Source: a virus. Taken from it: a stretch of DNA of 64,000 bases. Below, in pieces: positions 19,040 to 27,230 of the stretch. The notes beneath the pieces were generated by a model. It was not told the DNA's origin, did not search any database, and was given only the letters and a program-made list of their open reading frames with translations. The DNA lies in IMG/VR virus record IMGVR_UViG_3300028030_000012, positions 4,098 to 68,097 of that record. One strand, given 5' to 3'. The translations under genes and the position numbers were made by a program. How positions within the stretch are numbered: the stretch's first letter is position 1; every line of letters starts with the position of its first letter.

Positions 19040-19450
19040 TTAGAAATAATCTGTTTTTTTAATTACTTTAGAGTTTGCTAGAAATTTTAAATAGGTTTTT
19101 AAGGCAAGTATTGAAGACTGGCTATATTTTTCAGACTCTATTCGAGTTACAAAACTACTTAAGGATTCTGCATGTAAGGAAGACTCTTTTTCTAAGTCCC
19201 TGATTATTTTATACACGTCTTCAATAAAAGCTTTATTGGCTCTATATTTTTTTCGTATAGTTAATTTGTGAATAGGTTTTTCTTTTTCAACATGGGAAGT
19301 TTTAAAAGTATAGACTGAGTTTTTAAGGTTTTGTAAATCTTTCTCTATTTCATCTAGTTGTTTTTTAGGCCCGTAATTAACTATAAACACTGTTAGAAAA
19401 ATCAGTGCTACAATAATTCCTAAAATTACTATTACTTCTGTATTAGTCAT
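19040..19450 (-). CDS. single-pass membrane protein
   Basis: N-terminal TM followed by coiled coil. Confidence 0.7.
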   Translation of the reverse strand: MTNTEVIVILGIIVALIFLTVFIVNYGPKKQLDEIEKDLQNLKNSVYTFKTSHVEKEKPIHKLTIRKKYRANKAFIEDVYKIIRDLEKESSLHAESLSSFVTRIESEKYSQSSILALKTYLKFLANSKVIKKTDYF

Positions 19451-19583
19451 TTTTTTCCTTTCTGTTTAAATGGTTAACATAAATTACTAGTATAAATGTA
19501 ATTACTACAATAACAGCTGCTAAGTAGTATAAGGGTATGAAATTAGTAAGTATTTCATTTATTTCCTTTAGAATTTCTTTCAT
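19443..19583 (-). CDS. small single-pass membrane protein (46 aa, not in the track)
   Basis: MKEILKEINEILTNFIPLYYLAAVIVVITFILVIYV...; ATGA overlap with the upstream gene. Confidence 0.55.
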   Translation of the reverse strand: MKEILKEINEILTNFIPLYYLAAVIVVITFILVIYVNHLNRKEKND

Positions 19584-19849
19584 TTTGAATTAATTTGAAA
19601 GTTATTAAATGTTTTTAACACGGTTATCTGTGCGTTGTTACGTACAAAATCTCTCCCAGTAGTATTTTTTTGAATACTGGTTATTAAACTGCTTTTGATT
19701 TTTAGAGTTTTAGAGTCTTGATTAAAACAGACTTGTAAAGGTAGAAATCGTAAAGCGCATTTTTTACATATGCCTGACCCTTCTTTTATTTCTAAGGGTT
19801 TTTTGCAAGGAGGCATAAATAAGTCAGCAAGTACATTTTTCTTTTTCAT
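19580..19849 (-). CDS. hypothetical Cys-containing protein
   Basis: 89 aa, ATGA overlaps on both sides. Confidence 0.6.
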   Translation of the reverse strand: MKKKNVLADLFMPPCKKPLEIKEGSGICKKCALRFLPLQVCFNQDSKTLKIKSSLITSIQKNTTGRDFVRNNAQITVLKTFNNFQINSK

Positions 19850-20193
19850 TTTGACTTAAGATTTTGAATAATTGTTTTTACTACTTCTATACGCATGGCT
19901 AACCCCTCTGAATTTAAAGGCCACCAGAAAGGGTAATAATAGCTATCGACACCTTTATAATACTTATAGAATTCAGGGAATAGAGCAGATAAGTAATGGA
20001 AACTTTTAAAATAATAAGGGGAATGTAATGTAACTTGCCTGTCTATTAAGAAGCATAAAGCTGTCTCTCCCCATACATTTATTATTGGGGCTTCCTTACT
20101 GTGTTTTTTTAATACTACTAAAACATTAGAATAAATGAGTATTTTTGATTGGGTATTAAAGGGAATGATTTTTTTGCCATTTGAATCCTTCAT
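19846..20193 (-). CDS. hypothetical protein of xLC...WW type (start revised from 20235)
   Basis: ATG at 20193 forms an ATGA overlap with the upstream stop. Confidence 0.6.
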   Translation of the reverse strand: MKDSNGKKIIPFNTQSKILIYSNVLVVLKKHSKEAPIINVWGETALCFLIDRQVTLHSPYYFKSFHYLSALFPEFYKYYKGVDSYYYPFWWPLNSEGLAMRIEVVKTIIQNLKSK

Positions 20194-20501
20194 GATACTA
20201 TCTTTAAGTGTTTTTGTAACCAATAAATGCGCCATCTTTGATCTCCTTCTTTCCAGAAATAAAAAATTCGTATATCTATTATACCTTTTTTAGAAGCTTT
20301 AATTACTGTTTTAGTCGGATGTTTATGAAGATATTCTAACATCCATTGGTGTTCTAATACACTTATAGTGTTATCTTTCATTAACATATCATCCCAATAA
20401 CTACACAAACCAGTTTTAATTGGAATTTTATTTTCAAGAATATTGTGTAAGGTTAAAGAAATTATTTTCTTGATAACAGAATTATTATCTATTTTTTTCA
20501 T
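20190..20501 (-). CDS. hypothetical protein of GLC...FW type
   Basis: 103 aa; TGLC and YFW...WRI. Confidence 0.65.
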   Translation of the reverse strand: MKKIDNNSVIKKIISLTLHNILENKIPIKTGLCSYWDDMLMKDNTISVLEHQWMLEYLHKHPTKTVIKASKKGIIDIRIFYFWKEGDQRWRIYWLQKHLKIVS

Positions 20502-20524
20502 AATGTTTTATTTAAGTAAAAAAT

Positions 20525-20557
20525 GAAAGGACTGTTACTATTATTCACAGTCCTTTC
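20525..20557. terminator. intergenic hairpin
   Basis: 11-bp stem GAAAGGACTGT/ACAGTCCTTTC. Confidence 0.55.
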
Positions 20558-20580
20558 TTCATTTCTGACAAAATGAAATA

Positions 20581-20943
20581 TTATTTAGAAGCATCTTGAT
20601 CCGCTTCTCTAACTACGTCAAAAAACCATTTGTTTTTTAATTGTACAAAAACATTACCATTAAAATTTTGTAGTCTTTCGTGTAATAATTTAAAAAATCT
20701 CAATATGTTTAACTCTTCCTCTTTTGTAGGAAGTAAATCAGAAGTGTTTGAGTAAGGTATTGTATTTCTATTTAAACAGTATTTGTTTTTACTACCTTCT
20801 TTAAAAGCTCTCATTATGCATTTATCACAGTTATTTTTTGCAACTTTACATAAAGGGGTTTCTAATATTTCTACTCTATTCTTGATAAAATAAAGCTGTC
20901 TTGTTCTAAGTATGGCCCAAAGCCACTCTTTTTTTCTAGTCAT
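20581..20943 (-). CDS. Cys-rich hypothetical protein
   Basis: PLC...CDKC...YC. Confidence 0.65.
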   Translation of the reverse strand: MTRKKEWLWAILRTRQLYFIKNRVEILETPLCKVAKNNCDKCIMRAFKEGSKNKYCLNRNTIPYSNTSDLLPTKEEELNILRFFKLLHERLQNFNGNVFVQLKNKWFFDVVREADQDASK

Positions 20944-20959
20944 CTTGTCAGTTTTATAA

Positions 20960-21130
20960 TTAAATTAGTTTGTCTTTATCTTTTCGTTTGTCGTAGGGAG
21001 TAGTAGGGTGTATGAGCCAGTAGATTAAAGCGAATATTATAAATCCAATTAAAGACCATCTCCTGTTCATAGCTTCGCTTTCTAAAGCTCTGTCACACCA
21101 GCTTGTAGCTAGTAATAAGAAGTTTAACAT
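20960..21130 (-). CDS. small membrane protein (56 aa, not in the track)
   Basis: WSLIGFIIFALIYWLI TM and charged tail. Confidence 0.5.
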   Translation of the reverse strand: MLNFLLLATSWCDRALESEAMNRRWSLIGFIIFALIYWLIHPTTPYDKRKDKDKLI

Positions 21131-21190
21131 AATGAAAGGTATAAAAAGCAGATTTTGATAGTCTGCTTTAATTAATTTAATATGTTAAAA

Positions 21191-21742
21191 TTATAAAGGG
21201 TAATCTATAAGAATATCCTCCATATATTCTTTAAGTTCATCTTCTTGGTTAAATCTAGAGCCGTTTAACATTGCAGCTCTTACTGCGAACTTAAATTGTT
21301 CTGCTAGCCCTTGAACAGAAGTGTTATCTTCTTCCCCCACAAAAATAAGTATGTTTTGCCATTTTTTCCGGTCTTTATCTTCATGGGGTGCGGGCACAGC
21401 ATAAAAAGCTCCCCCAATTGCAATTTGAGTATCAAAAGGGGCTGTAGGCTTCGGCTCTTCTTCAAGTAGGGCTTCTTCAAATGTTTCGAATTGCTCTTTT
21501 TGCCACTTATTAAAGATGCAAACAACAGGGTTATTTGTCCTTAATGATATTTTTTTTAAGCCTGAGCTTGATCTTTGAGGTGGTTTTCTTAGTTCAACTA
21601 TCAAATAGTCAAGGTCTCTTTGTTTAGCAGAGCGCTCTATAAAACCCTTGTTAGCTTTATCTGGGCGTAGCCATGCTACATACTCTGTGGGTGTTTGAAT
21701 CTGTATTTTTAGTTCAAACCCTGTTTTATTTTCTTCAGTCAT
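21191..21742 (-). CDS. hypothetical protein
   Basis: 183-aa ORF. Confidence 0.7.
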   Translation of the reverse strand: MTEENKTGFELKIQIQTPTEYVAWLRPDKANKGFIERSAKQRDLDYLIVELRKPPQRSSSGLKKISLRTNNPVVCIFNKWQKEQFETFEEALLEEEPKPTAPFDTQIAIGGAFYAVPAPHEDKDRKKWQNILIFVGEEDNTSVQGLAEQFKFAVRAAMLNGSRFNQEDELKEYMEDILIDYPL

Positions 21743-21858
21743 GATTTTGGTTTGTTTAGTTTAACAATTTGTTTTATTTTACTACGTTCACCCTTAGTGA
21801 GTAGATGGTGCAAAGCTTTATTACTAACACCTGTAATTGATTTTAATGTTTCTTTCAT
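21739..21858 (-). CDS. small basic protein (39 aa, not in the track)
   Basis: preceded by the AAAACTGACAAAATG motif; ATGA overlap with the next gene. Confidence 0.55.
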   Translation of the reverse strand: MKETLKSITGVSNKALHHLLTKGERSKIKQIVKLNKPKS

Positions 21859-21961
21859 TTTGTCAGTTTTAAGTTATTTTATAGTTAAAAGCATAGAGCT
21901 TGACGTTTCAAGATATGCTTTAGCAAAATAAACGTACTACTACGCCTATATTCTGAATTGA

Positions 21962-22189
21962 TTAATAAAAAGTTACCTCTGTTATAGAATTTATTGGGAT
22001 GTATTTTATGATATTTACAAGAGGTATTACATTATTAGAAGTAGGATAGTCAGGGTTAGTTATAACCTTATGAGATACCCTAAGGCACTTTAAACCTAAT
22101 TGATTAGTGAGTTTACTATAGTTTGTGTGTACTTTATATTCTGTATTATTTGCAGTAATAAAGAGGCCTTGTTTTTTATAATTCCCCAT
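21962..22189 (-). CDS. hypothetical protein
   Basis: 75-aa ORF. Confidence 0.55.
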   Translation of the reverse strand: MGNYKKQGLFITANNTEYKVHTNYSKLTNQLGLKCLRVSHKVITNPDYPTSNNVIPLVNIIKYIPINSITEVTFY

Positions 22190-22201
22190 AATAATATTAA
22201 A

Positions 22202-22363
22202 TTAAAAGTCTTTGTCACACATTGAATAAGCAAAAGCAAGTATAGCAGCAATGCCTATTACGACAAATACTGTAGTGAGTTCAAAAGGTTTAAAACCTAA
22301 GGAGTGTGATAGTATTACACTAAAAGTAGCTATTAAAAGAATTGTAAATGTTTGACGTTTCAT
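22202..22363 (-). CDS. small two-TM membrane protein (53 aa, not in the track)
   Basis: MKRQTFTILLIATFSVIL...VFVVIGIAAILAFAY. Confidence 0.55.
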   Translation of the reverse strand: MKRQTFTILLIATFSVILSHSLGFKPFELTTVFVVIGIAAILAFAYSMCDKDF

Positions 22364-22508
22364 TTTGAATAAGTTTTAGTTATGTAATAATGATAAGCTA
22401 TATGAATACATCTCAATCGAAGGTAAACTAGGCACTGTCTAATTGAGGGAAAGAGGGAAGGTTCTACTATATAAAATAAGAGCATAAACACTATAAAATA
22501 AGGCTAAA

Positions 22509-22527
22509 TAGCCCTAAAATAGGGCTA
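22509..22527 (-). terminator. hairpin after the first leftward gene
   Basis: TAGCCCTA-aaa-TAGGGCTA. Confidence 0.45.
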
Positions 22528-22534
22528 AATAAGG

Positions 22535-22735
22535 TTATTCTAGTAGTTTTAGAGCCTCCTCTGGGACTTTAATAGCATCATCTACTTTGTAGCTTATATG
22601 ACCCTCTGGTGCGAACCAAGCAATGTAAGCATTACCTGCTTTAAGGAAGTCTCCAATTACTTCATTATCAAGTCCAATCATGTACCATTGGCCATTTTTG
22701 GCCTGTTTTAATTTAATAATCAATAAAGTTTTCAT
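22535..22735 (-). CDS. hypothetical protein, first gene of the leftward arm
   Basis: 66 aa, preceded by AAAACTGACAAAATG. Confidence 0.65.
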   Translation of the reverse strand: MKTLLIIKLKQAKNGQWYMIGLDNEVIGDFLKAGNAYIAWFAPEGHISYKVDDAIKVPEEALKLLE

Positions 22736-22814
22736 TTTGTCAGTTTTTGTGATTAAACATAGGGGGCTTCGCCCGCTTAGTTAGCATAGGGGGGACTTGA
22801 TGTATGATGGAATG

Positions 22815-22887
22815 GGCATTTAGACATATGCATAAAAATAAAAATTACTGAAATTTTTTTTGAGTAGGCATTTAGACATATACATAA
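22815..22887. repeat. 21-bp direct repeat pair at the strand switch
   Basis: GGCATTTAGACATATGCATAA (22815) and GGCATTTAGACATATACATAA (22867). Confidence 0.85.
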
Positions 22888-22976
22888 TTTTAATATATAA
22901 AATTCTAAAAAAATCACATATAAGCTATATAAAAATTATCGAAATCAAAAAAGTAGTAATTTTTTTTAGGTTTTAT

Positions 22977-23003
22977 TGAAACCTTTTGCCTACTATCCTC
23001 GTA
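22977..23003 (+). promoter_or_regulatory. AAC-N17-CGTA promoter-like motif, copy 2
   Basis: TGAAAC-cttttgcctactatcct-CGTA at the head of the rightward arm. Confidence 0.55.
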
Positions 23004-23132
23004 CCTATTATTAGAATTTTTTAATAAAAGAAAAGTAATACAAAAGAAAACAAAGCATAGAAGTAAGAATGTAAGACTATCGAAAGAGTAGTATAAATAG
23101 TTTGAGCGTTCAATTCACAACATGAATGTAGT

Positions 23133-23360
23133 GTGAATTTCACTAACAAAAGTAAATTAATATTAAGGTATATGAATATTAGTAAATACAAGTATAGTAA
23201 AAGTAGAATTACTGATTCCTTAAATGCTAATAGGTTAATACCTTTAGATATTAATAACAGCAGGGGGAAGAAGGCCAAACCTAAAGTACGTAAGCTAGTA
23301 CCTATGGCAACAGCCCTAGCAGACCCTATTTTAAAGGCTAAAATGGTTGGTAAATGGTAG
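23133..23360 (+). CDS. possible small basic protein (start uncertain, perhaps 23172)
   Basis: ORF overlapping the next start. Confidence 0.35.
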   Translation: MNFTNKSKLILRYMNISKYKYSKSRITDSLNANRLIPLDINNSRGKKAKPKVRKLVPMATALADPILKAKMVGKW

Positions 23361-23656
23361 AGTTAGTGGGGGATGTAGTTATTAGTGAAACCCTAGAGAG
23401 GGTGAATGGTAATATTATAGGCTTTGACGCTAATGGGGATAAAGCTTATGAGTTAACTTTTATTAAAGGGGGTTATAAGGCTAAACTGTTTGGGGCTACT
23501 AAAGCAGCGGTATATGCTGCACGAGCTAAGGTAGTGCCTGTTGAAGCAATGTCAGACCCTTCTATACTGGGTTTATCAGGGGGTAAATCCATAGGTACAA
23601 GCAATGGGGTAGGGCAAGGGTTTTCGGCGGCCCCTACAATAAATACATTTAATTAG
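23354..23656 (+). CDS. hypothetical protein
   Basis: 100-aa ORF. Confidence 0.6.
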   Translation: MVELVGDVVISETLERVNGNIIGFDANGDKAYELTFIKGGYKAKLFGATKAAVYAARAKVVPVEAMSDPSILGLSGGKSIGTSNGVGQGFSAAPTINTFN

Positions 23657-23662
23657 TTTAAC

Positions 23663-23899
23663 ATGGCGCATGTAGTAGGGGTTACAGTTTACCCGCAATT
23701 AACTGACAAAATAGTAATGGGGGGCACACCTTTCGTGTTTAACCGCTCTTCTAAGTTAAAAGGGACAGCTTCGTTTAACGTTACGGTACCTACTACAGCT
23801 AAATATAAGACATTTGAATGGGAGAATGAGGTTATTGACAATATGTTAGATTTGCTAACAGGCACTGATTTGAAAGCCGTTGCATCTTTTGATTATTAA
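23663..23899 (+). CDS. hypothetical protein
   Basis: 78-aa ORF followed by a terminator. Confidence 0.65.
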   Translation: MAHVVGVTVYPQLTDKIVMGGTPFVFNRSSKLKGTASFNVTVPTTAKYKTFEWENEVIDNMLDLLTGTDLKAVASFDY

Positions 23900-23923
23900 T
23901 AATTAGTTTACTTATTCAAATAC

Positions 23924-23950
23924 GGGGCCTTTAGGGGCCCCTTTTATTTT
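23924..23950 (+). terminator. intrinsic terminator
   Basis: GGGGCC-tttagg-GGCCCC plus TTTTATTTT. Confidence 0.7.
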
Positions 23951-23961
23951 AAATAAACATT

Positions 23962-24153
23962 ATGGGGAAGAATGCTGACAAGCGAATGGCTGCTTTTTTA
24001 GCCTCTAAGAATTATAAAGGGGCTACGTGGATGACTGAGGAGATTGAATATACCAGATGGGTTGAAGAGGGTCGCCCTATGTATATGGAGCCCATTGTAA
24101 TAACAGGATTTACACAAAAAAGCAAGGCAAGTAAAGACAACATACTTACTTGA
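23962..24153 (+). CDS. hypothetical protein
   Basis: 63-aa ORF between two terminators. Confidence 0.6.
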   Translation: MGKNADKRMAAFLASKNYKGATWMTEEIEYTRWVEEGRPMYMEPIVITGFTQKSKASKDNILT

Positions 24154-24176
24154 GGATAAGTGCAAATAATTAAGGG

Positions 24177-24203
24177 AAAGGGGGCTAAATGCCCCCTTTT
24201 GTT
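24177..24203 (+). terminator. intrinsic terminator
   Basis: AAAGGGGGC-taaat-GCCCCCTTT plus TGTT. Confidence 0.7.
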
Positions 24204-24212
24204 GTGTTTAAA

Positions 24213-24239
24213 CGTAACTTTAATCAATTTCTATCCGTA
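24213..24239 (+). promoter_or_regulatory. AAC-N17-CGTA promoter-like motif, copy 3
   Basis: CGTAAC-tttaatcaatttctatc-CGTA right after a terminator, 26 nt before an ATG. Confidence 0.55.
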
Positions 24240-24265
24240 TAAGGTGTACTAACACGTTAACTATT

Positions 24266-24463
24266 ATGGCGCATCATGCGGACTATGAAGAAAAAGAATG
24301 CAAATTTTGTTTTGAACCTTTCTGGGTTAGGTGGGTTGATTCTAAGCCTTATAATGATAGTGGGTTTTGTTCTGCTAGGTGTAGCAGGGATTATAGTAAG
24401 TATATTAGAATTAATAGTGAAATTAGTAAACAAATTAAAAAGACGTTATTAAATTTTATTTAA
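24266..24463 (+). CDS. small Zn-finger protein (TRASH/MYM-like)
   Basis: CKFC...FCSARC. Confidence 0.65.
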   Translation: MAHHADYEEKECKFCFEPFWVRWVDSKPYNDSGFCSARCSRDYSKYIRINSEISKQIKKTLLNFI

Positions 24464-24772
24464 ATGACAGGTATAATTGATATTAATAAAGGCAGGATAC
24501 CTAAAGGTAAAGCCTTATTAAAAGTAGTAAATAACTTACCTAAAAACATTATCTTACCGAATGAATCTGACAAAGCTGAGTATTTCAGTCATTACGAAGT
24601 GATGATGCTAAATGATGTAGATACTATAGACGTTAAAGTAGGTGACTATGTAATAGCTGCTAACGGTATCTCTCAACATGGGGGTTTTGAAATAGATGAT
24701 GAATTGTATATTATAATCTCAGGGTATAATATAGATATGGTAACAATCCCTGATAATTTTAAACGTAAGTAA
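24464..24772 (+). CDS. GroES/Cpn10-like co-chaperonin
   Basis: IILP mobile-loop-like motif, VKVGDYV, EIDDELYIII; about 100 aa. Confidence 0.65.
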   Translation: MTGIIDINKGRIPKGKALLKVVNNLPKNIILPNESDKAEYFSHYEVMMLNDVDTIDVKVGDYVIAANGISQHGGFEIDDELYIIISGYNIDMVTIPDNFKRK

Positions 24773-24773
24773 A

Positions 24774-25022
24774 ATGAATAATTGTGAAAACGAAGTAACT
24801 GGTGAAAAATTGCAGGAGCTCAGTGAAGATAAGCCTAACAGTAACGAACCTAAGATTAAAATAGAATTAGAAGAACTTACAGTATCTATTAATGGTAAGC
24901 TAATCACTGTACTTAAAAAAGACATTATAGAAGCCAATTTGCAAAACAGGTGGTCTATACAAAGAATAACAAATGATGAAGATTTATTGAAATTGTTTTT
25001 ATTTATATTGATAAATAATTAA
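24774..25022 (+). CDS. hypothetical protein
   Basis: 82-aa ORF. Confidence 0.6.
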   Translation: MNNCENEVTGEKLQELSEDKPNSNEPKIKIELEELTVSINGKLITVLKKDIIEANLQNRWSIQRITNDEDLLKLFLFILINN

Positions 25023-25024
25023 TT

Positions 25025-25243
25025 ATGAAATTAGTTTTAGAGTATGAAAAAGCCAATCCGTGTGACAAGGGTCCGGATACTATCTATAGGACTATAGAAA
25101 TAAAAGGGCTTACACGCAAAGAACGTAAGAAAAAAAATCCTCGCAAAGTGATGGACATTCTAGTAGAATTAAAAGCAGCTTTGCGGAATGAAAGTTGGAC
25201 TGTAAGGGCTGAGACTTATAGTTTATTAAAAAATTGGTTATAA
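25025..25243 (+). CDS. hypothetical protein
   Basis: 72-aa ORF. Confidence 0.6.
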   Translation: MKLVLEYEKANPCDKGPDTIYRTIEIKGLTRKERKKKNPRKVMDILVELKAALRNESWTVRAETYSLLKNWL

Positions 25244-25263
25244 TATTAATAATAAATAATTAT

Positions 25264-25647
25264 ATGAGATACAAAGTAATACAAGAATTCCCGGGCCTTA
25301 AGGTAGGCGATATAGCCGTTAAAGAAGGTGACTTCTATACATTTGAGAGTACTGAAGAGGACTATTCGGAAGATAGGGAAATTATACGCATAAACTCTGT
25401 AGCTTTGGGCCAAGAGGTTGTAGAAGGCTCCCCAGAATTCTTTGAGGCTCTTGAAGAGGTTGAAGAGGTTGAAGAAACACCCTCTAATAAAAGGGTCGAG
25501 GAACTTATAAACGACGTGATGCAAGTTGCCTCCCTACTTGAAGGCGATTTAGTTTGTTCTATAAATGAGTATCATAGTGAGCGTATTCAGGAAATGATTA
25601 ATAAAGCTTATGATGACGCTAATTTTTTAAGTACTTTATTAAACTAA
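25264..25647 (+). CDS. acidic hypothetical protein (likely start MRYKVIQEFPG)
   Basis: ATG after an A/T-rich leader inside the track ORF. Confidence 0.65.
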   Translation: MRYKVIQEFPGLKVGDIAVKEGDFYTFESTEEDYSEDREIIRINSVALGQEVVEGSPEFFEALEEVEEVEETPSNKRVEELINDVMQVASLLEGDLVCSINEYHSERIQEMINKAYDDANFLSTLLN

Positions 25648-25651
25648 TATC

Positions 25652-26080
25652 ATGCAGCATACTAATAAAGGAGTAGAAGACCCTAAAATAGATAATCCTA
25701 CAGTGTTCAAGTACGCAGATGCTTTTTTGAAATGTCACAAGTGTGGTGCGGACACTAAAGTTTTTGAAAATGTAAAAGGGGGTATGGAGGTTGTTCTTTA
25801 TACCACTGACCAACATAAGCTTATCTTACACTGTGCCAAATGTGATAATAGATTAGAAATAGGATTTAAAGAGGCTTCTAACCCACCTAAAGAAGATAAG
25901 AAAGCGGATGAATTACCTAAACCTACTAACGAGGTTCCTCAGATTGAGGATGTGGAGTGTACCCAAGATGGAAATGTTGAAGAGGCCTCCTCAGAGGAAG
26001 GTGGTAAGCTTGTGGACAAAGACTTCCAATATACAGAGTCCTTTGAGGAACCACTTGAACCGGCACTTAAGGAGGACTAG
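25652..26080 (+). CDS. Zn-ribbon protein with acidic tail
   Basis: CHKC...CAKC. Confidence 0.7.
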   Translation: MQHTNKGVEDPKIDNPTVFKYADAFLKCHKCGADTKVFENVKGGMEVVLYTTDQHKLILHCAKCDNRLEIGFKEASNPPKEDKKADELPKPTNEVPQIEDVECTQDGNVEEASSEEGGKLVDKDFQYTESFEEPLEPALKED

Positions 26081-26082
26081 TT

Positions 26083-26454
26083 ATGAATAAGTACAGGAAA
26101 CATATAAAGCCTAAAAATAAGTACAGGGAATTTCTTAAAGTACTTAATGGCAATCTACATTTAACAGAGAGGGAACTTGATATATTTTCTGTTATGATGA
26201 AGATAGATGAGGAATGGGAACCTGTAGAGGAGGGGGGTTTTAAACATATTATAAGTACTTCTAATAGAAAGAGGATTATGAAAGAGACTTTGGTCAATAA
26301 GAATAATCTTACAAAGTATGTAAGACTGTTTAGGAGTAAAGGATTGTTGATTTCCAATAGTAATGGGGGTGTTGAAGTAACCCCAATGTTTATGCCCTCG
26401 ATAAAAGGAGAGACTATAAAGATAGTATTTATGCTCGATTGGAGCGCTAAATAA
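26083..26454 (+). CDS. putative winged-HTH DNA-binding protein
   Basis: LTERELDIF...NNLTKYVRLFRSKGLL. Confidence 0.6.
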   Translation: MNKYRKHIKPKNKYREFLKVLNGNLHLTERELDIFSVMMKIDEEWEPVEEGGFKHIISTSNRKRIMKETLVNKNNLTKYVRLFRSKGLLISNSNGGVEVTPMFMPSIKGETIKIVFMLDWSAK

Positions 26455-26459
26455 AAATT

Positions 26460-26624
26460 ATGAATTATATTAAATTCCCGAAGATATTCGGTAAGAAGAA
26501 AGCTAAAATTAAAGCTTTAGAATTACAAGTAGAAGCCCTGGAAGCTGAGATTAAGATTCTAGAAACTAGGAAGAGGACTAGACGACATCCTAATAAAGTA
26601 GTTACAGCTAATAAAATTAAATAA
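26460..26624 (+). CDS. small coiled-coil protein (54 aa, not in the track)
   Basis: IKALELQVEALEAEIKILE; fills the gap exactly. Confidence 0.55.
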   Translation: MNYIKFPKIFGKKKAKIKALELQVEALEAEIKILETRKRTRRHPNKVVTANKIK

Positions 26625-26625
26625 T

Positions 26626-26841
26626 ATGAGTATTAAGGATTTGAAAATAGGGAAAAGATTTTTAATAGAGCCTGCTGATAGGTATGACCCATTTTTAATG
26701 GAAGTGAAGGTTTTAGATATTACCACTAAAGCAATTAAGTGGGAAAGGGTTGATAGAAAACCTGAGGCTGTTTCCCCTAGTTGGGCACTGATTGCAGGTT
26801 TTAGTAAGAATTATTCTGTAATTGAAGAATTGGAAGATTAA
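26626..26841 (+). CDS. hypothetical protein, SH3-like
   Basis: 71 aa, DLKIGKRFLI...VKVLDI. Confidence 0.6.
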   Translation: MSIKDLKIGKRFLIEPADRYDPFLMEVKVLDITTKAIKWERVDRKPEAVSPSWALIAGFSKNYSVIEELED

Positions 26842-26846
26842 GTGAA

Positions 26847-27119
26847 ATGCTAAAAAAAGACGAATTAGTTAGGAAAATAGCTAAGCGCAAAGGCATGGAT
26901 GAGAGGGTAGTTCGCTTAGTTGCAGATTACCCTCTTAAATTTGTAAAAGACAGGTTTGCAGATGACGATGATTGGAAACCTATAAGGATAAGGTATTTTG
27001 GAATGTTCGGTTTAAAAAGGAAATATGAAAATACGGAGTTATCTAAACAAGGTAACGCAATAAAGGTTTCACAACTTAAAGAGAAACAAGTAAAGGACGC
27101 CCCTCGTAGGATTAAATAA
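26847..27119 (+). CDS. HU/IHF-like DNA-binding protein
   Basis: KDELVRKIAK...IRIRYFGMF; upstream of the terminase as in crAss-like phages. Confidence 0.7.
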   Translation: MLKKDELVRKIAKRKGMDERVVRLVADYPLKFVKDRFADDDDWKPIRIRYFGMFGLKRKYENTELSKQGNAIKVSQLKEKQVKDAPRRIK

Positions 27120-27230
27120 TTACACACCTTATCTGCGAGTAGTTTATTAATTAAAAACTTAAAAGCTTTTGTTTGGCTTGCCTTTACTAAAGGCAGTTAC
27201 CACTCAGAAGCTTTTTATCAATATGGAAGA

